Origin: Naegleria gruberi
Taxonomy: Eukaryota
Assembly: GCA_000004985.1 (NCBI GenBank)
Contig: GG738875.1
Length of the DNA stretch: 64,000 bases
Direction: 5' to 3' (one strand)
The notes under the pieces were generated by a model, which saw nothing but the letters and a program-made list of their open reading frames with translations, had not been told where the DNA came from and did no database searches. A program made the position numbers and the translations under genes. Shown here piece by piece: positions 51,652-61,273 of this stretch (its first letter is position 1; each line of letters opens with the position of its first letter).

Positions 51652-53237
51652 CTATTCATATTATTATCATCATTAATAATACAAACACATAACAGTATTA
51701 TTATCATCAGAATTAAATTTTTGATCACAATAAATCACAAATATTCACATCATCATCCACCAGATCAGCAAAATATTTAAAATTAACTGAGAAGAATAAA
51801 AAACATACCACTACAAAATTATTAGGTAACCATCTTGGTCTACAACCATGCCAGAAAGTACATGTTGGAGTAGTAGAGACGGTCACAGTTGGACGTGATG
51901 GAGTAGTCAAAACAGCAGCGGTAGCCAATCCCAAGCCTAAACCTAACAATCCAGCTCCAACGGCTCCTCCAATTCCATGATGATGGTGATGATGATGACG
52001 ACGACCGACCATATTGTTGTTGTTTGTTCTAAGAGTTTGATATTTGACTTTTACTACAAAAGAAAAGAATGGGAAAATTCGAGTGTTGCCTTTTTTTTTG
52101 TTTTATTTTTAAAAACTGGAAAATGGAGAGCGGAGTTTTGAAGAATTATTAAGGTTACTGTGTCAAGGTGAAAGCGGGTTACAGTCATGTTAATTGGAAA
52201 GTTATTGGATTGGGAACACGAAAAAATTTGATTTTGTAATCATGTTAATAGTTTACAAAAATACCATGAATTGCAAAGAAGCTTCCAATAATCATTGTTG
52301 AACACAATGAAATGTGTATCTGCTCAATAATAAGGAAAAGTCGCAAAAAGTTAATAATTAATTTCGGTTTTAATTTGAATGATTTCAAAGACTGCAAAAT
52401 ACACATCTTCAAAAATCCAAACACAAAAGCACAAAAACTAGTCAACAAATTGCAAAACTCATTCCAATAGTGGATTTGATTTCCCTCCTAACATTTTATA
52501 CAATCATCATCATCATTGTTATCCAAATCAATGAATTTTTGATTGTCTCTCAGCTTTTTTGATTCAATGAAAGAACAAAAGAAGAATGGATTTAGCAATT
52601 TGATATTCACTCTTGAAAATTATCTCTCGGAAAATCATAGCGAAAGACCAAATTGTTACGAATTTACAATGAAGTTGAGTGCTATTTTTAACTTGGCATT
52701 GGGCCATAAAAAGAACTGTTGGTCTTTTATTCATTTATGAAATTGAAAAAAAATAACAATCAAATAATACTAAGAGAACCACACAAGATGAATACAAAGC
52801 ACGTTCATTGCCAAATTTCTTCAAACAGACAAAACATGTCAATGCCATTATCTAGGAAAAGCATTACAAAGAATACAATGGTTGACAATAGAAAGAGTGT
52901 GAATTTAAAGAAGAACAAGTCCGCCAATGTTTCTTCTTCATCACCAAATAAGAAGGCTTCTGAAATTTCTTCTACAAATCAAATTACTAGTAACAAGCAA
53001 GAGGAACAACAATTAGATCCATTGTTTCAATTAACCTTGCTTTTAACCTTGATTGGCAGTTCTTCATCATCACAGTAATTGTTTTTCGAATATATGGTCG
53101 TGTTATTTCAACAAGAAACATGATACTAATTGAACCAACCCTAATTTAAAGATTTATCAGGATCAAGAATGATATGAAATCTGTCCAATAAACAAGACAA
53201 AAATCACAACCTACTCGTCGACATTCAGTTTAAAAAT

Positions 53238-56048
53238 TTAAATTCTTTCTTCTTCTGTTCTATCCTCAATACCTGAATAGTCAACCGAATCAACAACTTC
53301 CTGCTCTTGGTGACCTTCCTGTTGTTCTTCATAGGTTTCATCCTCTGGATCTTGATTTTCATCGTGTTGTTCTTCAAAATCATTATCAAAATCCTCAAAC
53401 TCTTCCTCTTCCACTTCTTGGACAACTTGTTGTTGAGGTTGATATTCTTCCTGCTGTTGATCATCATAATAATTATTATTATTATCAGTATTATCCTGTG
53501 AAACATGAACCACTGAAAAATCTTCAGTTCTGAGAGTGTCTGATTGAGGAGCCTCAGAGGTGTCAAAATGAGAATTATCAAACTCTTCAAAATCGCCAAA
53601 AGATGTCTCAGTCTCTCCTGTTGTCTTGATTTCACTAACACCCAAAGAGGCACTAAGTGGGAGATATGCATCCGTTGCAGTCATTATCTCTATTGGATTC
53701 TGGTTGGCTTGAGTTTGGAACATTTGAGATGTATCATGTTGCGGTTCATAGTTTTGATTCTCATTTCCTTCATCATATTGTTTAAGGAAATCTTCTGCTG
53801 ATTGAGGTTGATTTGGAGCATATCCATTGGATTCTTCTTCTTCTTGTGTTTCTTCAACCTCAATAACTGGCGTTGGATCATGATCGCCATGGAATTGAGA
53901 AAATTGATAGCCTTGATCTTCTTCCTCTTCTTGTGTTTCCTCAACCTCAATAACTGGCTTGGTATTGATTTCCTTCTCTTTCTTCTCCTTCTTCTTTTCC
54001 TTTTTATCCTTTTTGTCCTTCTTGTCCTTCTTTTTCTTTTTTTCTTCTTCAGATGAAGATGAAGAGGAAGAGTCTGTACTCTCTTCGACCTCTTCAACTT
54101 TTCTTGGTGATGGTTTTTTCACACTAGACTCTATTATTGGAGATCTCTTTTGACTACTCTTAACGTCCTTCAAGGCTTGCATGCCGTTTTCCTTCTTGAT
54201 TTGATTGTAATTATCTCGTAAGAGTGTTATCAACTTGTTTTGATTCTTCCACAATTCCTTTTCTCTGAATGACATTCCTCTTGTATCAACTCTGGTCATT
54301 GAAGAAAAGAGTTTGTTTGGATTGTCAACAAACTCTTCCATAATAGCTTGATAACTTCTCTGTAAATTATTGTACCTGTCATTATTTTCCTTAATAGTTT
54401 TATACAGTTCTGAGGGTATGGTAATCATTTCCTCTGGTTCTTCCTCTTGTTTTTGGCTCTTTCTTGCCAAAAGTTTAAGTGTATCGGCTAGCTGAGGAAT
54501 GAGGCCACTCATTGTGGTTCCTTCTCTTTCATCATCCTCTTGTTGCTGATGTAAATTTTCCAAAACATGTCTAGCCAATTCCTCCTCCAACCGAACTGAC
54601 TTGTCCACTTTTTTTGAAGTTTTCATACTACTCGTTGCACTTGAGGGGGTTACAGTTTTTTTCTTTGATACAGAAGATTTCGTTGATGAGGAAGCAGATT
54701 GTGGTTTTCTTACTGTTGATGTTCCATGTAAGACATGATACCAATCCTTGGTTGGTTGTTCAAGGTAAGAGTTTGTATTTCTTCCAAGTGTTACGTTTTT
54801 CTTTCTCATACTCAATGAGTCAACTGTCTTTGTACTATTGCTTAGAGAACTGGGTCTGGAAGGGTTTGCTGATGAGGGCCTTTTAATTGGTTGCGTATTT
54901 AAAACCTTTCCTGATGAGGTAATTGATTTTTTCTTGACCTTCTTTTTCGTTTGTCTTTCCTCCACGAAACGTTGAGGCTCCCCTTTCAACTGTCTTGAAA
55001 TATCAGCCAGTTGATTTGCCATCGTATTGATTTGATTCTCTATTTGTCCTCTCATCATGATTGTTTGAGCCTGAGTATCCTTGTAGTGTTGTACAAGAGT
55101 AGACAGTGCTCCCATCTCTCCGTTTGCCATTGTACCTAGCATTGGATTGTATGTATTTTGTACAGGTTGATTTTGGAATGTGTTATCAGTTACAGTAAAC
55201 AGAGGATTTCTTGTGACAGCTCCTGTTTGCATTCTCAATGACTTGTCCATGGTACCAGAGTGTGGACCTCCATCAGTCATTGGTCTCTGTAATGAGAAAC
55301 TCTTGGAAAAGTTTTGAGTCAAGTATTCATTAAAATTATCTATTGGACCTGCCTTAACAAGTGACCTCAATCTCACATCCATATCAATCACTCCAACATC
55401 GTATCCTCTATCATTTTTAATTGTAAATGTTCCACTAATGGTACGTTTCTGTGGTATTCTTTCACCTTTTGGAGCATCAATTTCATCCGAAACTTTCAAT
55501 TCATTGAGAGGTATACTAACACTTCCTATAAGAACTGGTTTCCAATTACCACGACCCATATTAGGATCAGCCATACTTCCTCCGTATGTCATGTCAGTAG
55601 GTGAGGCTGTCAAAATGAATAAAAACACATAGAGGGGTAATGTTTGGATATATTGTCCCAATTCCATTCTTTCCATTGAAAATACTACACTTTTTCCTGT
55701 TCTAAATAACATATTATGTGATGAGACTTTTTCCTGATTCTTCATCATACCAGTTCCATAAAAACTTGTTTGCTTAAATCCTTCTTTAAACATTCTATTT
55801 TCTTGGGTGTCATCTCTTCCATAGGGACCCTCAGGTTTTTGAATGTACATTAGAGGAAACTCCCACAATCTGAATCCTATACAACTGTCATTGGAGAGGA
55901 GTGGATTTGTAGTTTTATAGATGAAATGAGAAACTTCGTGAATGTAGACATCAAGAGACCATAAACTGAGAATAGAGTATGTCACTTTAATTTTAAGTGA
56001 ACCTTGAAACTTACTTTGAGTCAACTTCTGATATTTCTTCCTCTTCAT
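53238..56048 (-). CDS. Large hypothetical protein with K/E-rich and acidic tandem-repeat C-terminus. Probably contiguous with ORF 56011-56412, with a frame change.
   Basis: 936-aa ORF. Repeat PVIEVEETQEEEE...x2. KKKKDKKDKKDKKEKKKEKKEKE. The upstream ORF overlaps by 38 nt in another frame. Confidence 0.45.
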   Translation of the reverse strand: MKRKKYQKLTQSKFQGSLKIKVTYSILSLWSLDVYIHEVSHFIYKTTNPLLSNDSCIGFRLWEFPLMYIQKPEGPYGRDDTQENRMFKEGFKQTSFYGTGMMKNQEKVSSHNMLFRTGKSVVFSMERMELGQYIQTLPLYVFLFILTASPTDMTYGGSMADPNMGRGNWKPVLIGSVSIPLNELKVSDEIDAPKGERIPQKRTISGTFTIKNDRGYDVGVIDMDVRLRSLVKAGPIDNFNEYLTQNFSKSFSLQRPMTDGGPHSGTMDKSLRMQTGAVTRNPLFTVTDNTFQNQPVQNTYNPMLGTMANGEMGALSTLVQHYKDTQAQTIMMRGQIENQINTMANQLADISRQLKGEPQRFVEERQTKKKVKKKSITSSGKVLNTQPIKRPSSANPSRPSSLSNSTKTVDSLSMRKKNVTLGRNTNSYLEQPTKDWYHVLHGTSTVRKPQSASSSTKSSVSKKKTVTPSSATSSMKTSKKVDKSVRLEEELARHVLENLHQQQEDDEREGTTMSGLIPQLADTLKLLARKSQKQEEEPEEMITIPSELYKTIKENNDRYNNLQRSYQAIMEEFVDNPNKLFSSMTRVDTRGMSFREKELWKNQNKLITLLRDNYNQIKKENGMQALKDVKSSQKRSPIIESSVKKPSPRKVEEVEESTDSSSSSSSEEEKKKKKDKKDKKDKKEKKKEKKEKEINTKPVIEVEETQEEEEDQGYQFSQFHGDHDPTPVIEVEETQEEEESNGYAPNQPQSAEDFLKQYDEGNENQNYEPQHDTSQMFQTQANQNPIEIMTATDAYLPLSASLGVSEIKTTGETETSFGDFEEFDNSHFDTSEAPQSDTLRTEDFSVVHVSQDNTDNNNNYYDDQQQEEYQPQQQVVQEVEEEEFEDFDNDFEEQHDENQDPEDETYEEQQEGHQEQEVVDSVDYSGIEDRTEEERI

Positions 56049-56412
56049 AGTAGTCGTTTTGAGAAGATAAAGATGAGGTGGATCGAGGTGAATCCTCCAC
56101 TAATTGTTGTTGAGAACGAGAAGTGTTTTTCATAGATGATGGTTTCCTTGAAGAGGATGATGAGCCAGCATCTTGTCTGTAATTTGATGAAGAAGGTTCA
56201 GGTTGTGTTTGATAATTCGTTCCAATAGTTGGCTGTGTTTTTTTCATCTTACTTTGATGAGGTTGATATTCATAGGGAACAGAATCCGATCCTTCTTTCC
56301 TACTTTTTGGTTGTTGTTTTGTATCAAATGACACCATTCCTCCAGTCCAACTCGATTGAGAGGTACTATGATCATTAGGGTATTTATGTATCGATACTTT
56401 AGAATTCATCAT
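56011..56412 (-). CDS. S/T-rich ORF, probable 5' part of the 53238-56048 gene.
   Basis: Same strand, overlapping ORF ends. Frame change implies a short intron or an indel. Confidence 0.3.
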   Translation of the reverse strand: MMNSKVSIHKYPNDHSTSQSSWTGGMVSFDTKQQPKSRKEGSDSVPYEYQPHQSKMKKTQPTIGTNYQTQPEPSSSNYRQDAGSSSSSRKPSSMKNTSRSQQQLVEDSPRSTSSLSSQNDYYEEEEISEVDSK

Positions 56413-56677
56413 TGAGCGTTTATACTATTTGAATATTATTTCAATAATGAAAAAATCTCTATAGCCCAGTAGTTGATGTACTTTTTTTTAATGTATTTTC
56501 TAAAATTAAGGCGGTAAAATTTAGGCGCCAAAAATAATGTTTTTCAACCTCAAAAAAAATATCTTCACATTGTCCACCCTGAAACATTTTTTCATATTCG
56601 ATCAAAAACAAGCCTCTTCGGAGTGTAAGATAACAATGAAGAATGAAATATTACAAACAAATTAATTTAATTTACAT

Positions 56678-58735
56678 TTAATGGAAAGCACCTCCATTAA
56701 CATTCAAAGTGTTACCACCCAAATTGTAAATGTAACCATACAAGTTGACATTGTTAAAGTTGAAAACACCCTTAGTCAAGACGTTACCATAGAATGGACC
56801 ATTAACAGCAACACTGTTACCAATAACCCAGAAAACATTGTTTTGAGTGGCACCATTGGTGAAAACAAAGTTGATATTGTTGGCATTCAAGTTGGTGCTC
56901 AACTTTAAGACAATCTTACCAGTACCAGAGAAGGTAACCTTGCTGTTACCATTCAAACCTTGTGGGAAACAGTAGACACCAGCAGTGAAAGTCAAACCAG
57001 CACTTGGAATGTTTTGATCCAAATTGCTTTGAGTACAAGTGGCAGCAAACAATTCATCATACTTGGCAATGGCATTTTCAATAACTTCAGCAGATTCACC
57101 ATTAGCAACATTGACAGCATAACCAGAGGCAGCAACGAGTTTTTGAACAGCAAAGGCTCTATCAGTGGCAACACTTCCTGGAACAGTCAATGAGGCAGAG
57201 TTTTGAACCAAGATGGATCCCTTTGAAATGACCTTGTATGGAGTCAAGATAGTACCAAAGGTAGTATCATAGTCACATGGCAAGACATTTGGAACGACAT
57301 ATGAGTCAGTAGTGAACTTCAAGTATGGAATTGTCTTATCTTCAAAGTATCCATCGAAAGTCAATTCAATAGTGAGAGCAGTGTAACCTTGAGCTGGATT
57401 TGGGAAGAAGACTTCATATTCGAATGGGTTTCCAGTAGCCTTTGGAGCAACAGTAACAGCAGTGAAAATTCTACCAATAGTGGTTTGTCTGAAATCTCTA
57501 CCATTTGGATTGTTGGCAGACCACAACTTGACAGCAGTAGGAACCTTACCATTCAAAATGTTCAACTTGACATTAACACCAGCAGCAGTGTAAGTGTGAG
57601 AGAAGGTATATTCAGGAAGTTCAATATTTTTCAAGACAGCATAGTAGAATGAGGCAACAGTCAAGACAACATCGGAACCAGTCATACCGTGACCAGTATT
57701 TGGAATATATCTCAAGTGCTTGTTCTTTCTATTTGGCATATCATTATAACTCAAAGTACTCATATCTGGCCAGAAGAATTCATCACCCATAGAGTTGACC
57801 ATATATTTTCTGTACTTGGCAAGATCTTCCTTCCATTCGAATGGATCAATAACTTCACAGAGCTTGGTAAAACCATAAGAGTTGACGTGTGGAGTGAAAC
57901 CAGCAGCAATATAATCATACATGGCAATTGGGAAGTCACAGAGAGAATTGTAAATGTGCTTGATAGCCTTTTGAGTATTTGGAATTTGAATAACGAGTGG
58001 AATGAGAGCCTTAACTCTTGGATCATTGGCAATACCAACTGTCCAAGTAGTCCAACCTCTCTTTGAGGCACCAGCAACAGTGAATTTTTCAATAGTGACA
58101 CCTGACACTTTGGTTGGCACAAAAGATTGAGTAGTATCCAATGCCAAGAGAGATGCCTTAGTCATAGGAAGTCTTGGAATCCACTTAACGTCCCTTGGGA
58201 AGTCGACTATATGCTTCCAAGCATATCCGATAATACCATCTTCAACTCTAACTTGATGCAATGGATCATTGGCATATGTCAATGGTTGATTAGGAATCAT
58301 CTTGACAGTGACACCAATAGTTTTACCAACAGTAGCCATAGCAATAGTGATTGGATCACCAGTTGGAAGACCATCAGTGGTATCTCCGTTAGTAATATAC
58401 ACAAAAGCTTCCTTTAAGCTTTTATCCAAATTGGTTGGAACAACAACTTCGAGATAGTGGAACCACAATGCACGATAACCAAATTCTTCTGGCAACCATT
58501 CAACTGAGGTCATATTAAGTACATATACAGTAGCACCAGTAACGGTGAATTCACTCAATAATTGATATGAATATTTTGGAGTTGGCTTATTTACATAGTC
58601 GGCCATAACTTTCTTATAGTCGATAATTTTGGTTGGGTCAGCAGCAATGTCAAATTGGTCTTCTGCATTGGAAAGGGCAGCAACAAGAGCCAAAATAACA
58701 GCCAACAAGACAATCAAGCTCTTTGAAAGCTTCAT
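56678..58735 (-). CDS. Secreted protein with signal peptide, large N-terminal domain (possibly PhoPQ-activated-pathogenicity-related-like) and C-terminal DUF3494 ice-binding-protein-like beta-helix domain.
   Basis: Signal peptide MKLSKSLIVLLAVILALVAALSNA. C-terminal LTFTAGVYCFPQGL...INFVFTNGATQNNVFWVIGNSVAVNG...GNVLTKGVFNFNNVNL matches the DUF3494 pattern (PGVY...AVFIFQ...NVFWQVGSSATLG...). Confidence 0.55.
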   Translation of the reverse strand: MKLSKSLIVLLAVILALVAALSNAEDQFDIAADPTKIIDYKKVMADYVNKPTPKYSYQLLSEFTVTGATVYVLNMTSVEWLPEEFGYRALWFHYLEVVVPTNLDKSLKEAFVYITNGDTTDGLPTGDPITIAMATVGKTIGVTVKMIPNQPLTYANDPLHQVRVEDGIIGYAWKHIVDFPRDVKWIPRLPMTKASLLALDTTQSFVPTKVSGVTIEKFTVAGASKRGWTTWTVGIANDPRVKALIPLVIQIPNTQKAIKHIYNSLCDFPIAMYDYIAAGFTPHVNSYGFTKLCEVIDPFEWKEDLAKYRKYMVNSMGDEFFWPDMSTLSYNDMPNRKNKHLRYIPNTGHGMTGSDVVLTVASFYYAVLKNIELPEYTFSHTYTAAGVNVKLNILNGKVPTAVKLWSANNPNGRDFRQTTIGRIFTAVTVAPKATGNPFEYEVFFPNPAQGYTALTIELTFDGYFEDKTIPYLKFTTDSYVVPNVLPCDYDTTFGTILTPYKVISKGSILVQNSASLTVPGSVATDRAFAVQKLVAASGYAVNVANGESAEVIENAIAKYDELFAATCTQSNLDQNIPSAGLTFTAGVYCFPQGLNGNSKVTFSGTGKIVLKLSTNLNANNINFVFTNGATQNNVFWVIGNSVAVNGPFYGNVLTKGVFNFNNVNLYGYIYNLGGNTLNVNGGAFH

Positions 58736-59458
58736 TTGTTATGTGTGGATAGTTGAGTTGTTTTTTTTTGTTATGTTGATTGTTGAGGAGCAATTGACTG
58801 GGTTTTTAAATCTTTGATTGCGCAACTCCAGATTGTGAGACACAGTATTGCGCAAAAATAAATAGTATTGTAAAGTGTGAAATGTAACTTACACAACACT
58901 TTAGACTGCAAACTTCCCTTTTTATCGTTTGCCAAAATTGTGACCAGTTGGTAATTTATAGAAGTGATGTGTAAAATGAAAGTGCTACCTTACCCTATGA
59001 ATGTAAAGAGCGCTATGGTTTTTTGAATTAAATGTAATCTTTGGACAACACTTGGCATGTTTGTAATCTTCAAACCAGATCGAGAATTTCTTCTACTTCG
59101 TATTAGAGAAGGAAATTGAACTGTGTGCCGACTTCAATGTGTCATTGTGTTGAAAATAAATACCAAATGTTGAAGTGTCAACTGATTATTTGAACAAGAA
59201 TGGTTTACAGCTTATTGTAGTGGAGCGATTTAATGGTTTTTGATTGACTAAGAGGGTTAGAAAATTGTTTATGGAACTCTACAGCCATTTCCTAAAGATC
59301 GTTACTAAAGTGTTGGACATGTCTTAGTGCTTTCAGTGAACTGAAGGTGTGGTTAAGGTTATGATTGTAATAATATTGTGGTCAACTGTTTATCCACAAC
59401 AACCGTAGATGCTCAAACAAAATCCAACATAAATGAAGTATGGTTGGCTTTTCAATTA

Positions 59459-60955
59459 TTACCAGAACACATTGAAGTATGGTTCGATTTCATGTTCATA
59501 AAGAAGATCATCATCTTGTTCAATTTTCACAAAGGCAAAACAATTCACCTCCACAATGTGATCCTTGGCTTGCTCTTCATTGTCAACCTGGTAAACTACT
59601 TGATCGCAAACATTGCAAAATCTATTACTATTTTTGTAAACTTGTAGAGATTCAAATTTGAGAGGACATTTGTAGATACATTCGCATTGATTGACTAAAT
59701 TCCATTCATACTCTTTAATTCTGTAATATTTCTTTCGTTCTTTTGAAATATTAATAGTAGGATTATGTATTTTGATGTGATTGATTCTTCTTCTAAGAAC
59801 GCAAAGCCAATTCTTGATATTTAGGTTGTTTCCATTAAAGTTTGGAAAATAAAAACAAACTAATGGTTTCCAAATTTCCAATTGAACTCTTTCAAATGCT
59901 GAACTTTCTTCATTGACGATAGAGGTGATGTTATCGACAACATGACAAAGGGCTCCAGAATTATCTGATTGTGGATCTATTCTTCTATTGAAGAATAGAC
60001 TCAATAATGATTGGTTTACCCATCGCAAATCTATTCAATTCTGATAAATTCAGAAACTTCCAATCAGTATTAGAATCTCAGATGGCAATTCATAGATAGT
60101 AAATTGTGAAATAGATTCTCCAGTACCCAAATCCACATTAATACTACAAATATTCATTAATCCATTTAAAATACTGTGTGGAATAGATGCTGAATTGGGA
60201 ATATCCAATTCTAATCCAATACTTGCCACATTATCCATTGCTTCCTGAACTAACTTATTCAATTCGGGTGTGGTCGTTAAATTCATTAATTTCATATATG
60301 AACGGTTCCAAACCACAGGTGAATTCTCATAGTAATTCAACACCTTCAATCCATATTCAATTACTGGCATCATGTCTAACATTTCCAATAAATCAGCTTG
60401 CATTTTTCCAATTTTCTCTCCCTCACTCAAAATTAAACAATCTCTACAAGATTCCACCTGTCCCACTATTGTTCGAAACACAACTCCCAATTGTTGAAAC
60501 ATTGGAGCAAGTATAGGAACTGGAATGGTGGCGGTGAATCCACTTCTGATGTAAATATTGCGTGGAGATCTTTCTCCAATTTTTGCCCTTGTTTCAAATT
60601 TGAAAGATTGAATTTGTTCAATCAATTCTTCAATTTCTGATGAATTTGTAAAGATTAGTCCAACATTTCCATTCAAATATTCGCAAATTTTGAGTAATGA
60701 CTCTGGATTGTGTTTCCTCTCCGAGGGTTTCACATTAAATTGAATGTCCTGAGCCAAGTTTCGAATAGCACTCTTGATCAATGTATTCTTTCCTTTCAAT
60801 AATATTGCTCTTCCTCTCAATTTCATTCGAATTATTTGCAATTGATCCGATTTCATACGAGTATCTATTTCAACAATAATTACATTCGAATGATCATGAA
60901 AATGTTGAATGACATCCTCGAATTTTACACTATTTTCATCATCATTCATTTTCAC
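59459..60955 (-). pseudogene. P0/Mrt4 (uL10)-like domain + F-box + Cys-rich C-terminal domain protein, disrupted copy. ORFs 60050-60955 and 59459-60028 are separated by a compensating -1/+1 indel pair with two in-frame TGA codons.
   Basis: Colinear with the intact paralog 61274-62689. Relative to it, ...agtttc-tgaattt... lacks a T and ...gggtaaaccaatca... has one extra base. Between the two, the frame reads F*IYQN*. Confidence 0.55.
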
Positions 60956-61273
60956 TTATTATTGATTTTAAAAATATGATGAACGTGCAATTGGTTCCAA
61001 GAGTGAGTTGCCGTATTTTTTTTTAATTTTACAGTAAATTTCAGAATTTACTTTTTTAAAGAGCAATTACAATCTTTGTAATGTGTTAATGAGATTAAAA
61101 TATTCAGATATTTATTAAGGTTCAATGAGATTCTCTTTACAATTTGCACAGAGTTTATTGTGGGTGCTGGTTTAATGTCTGGTTTCACACTTGGTTTACT
61201 TTCCATTGACATACAATGCATTGGATATTCTCAAATCGACTGAAAAGGAGTGAAAGGTTGCTGCTCGTTTGGC

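Noticed and set aside
53307-54153. Lys/Arg-rich or Phe/Leu-rich ORFs (53690-54097 -, 53802-54056 +, 53959-54153 +) overlapping the acidic/K-E-rich region.
   Set aside because: They are compositional mirror images (gaa/aag repeats read in other frames or strands) of the real 53238-56048 coding sequence.
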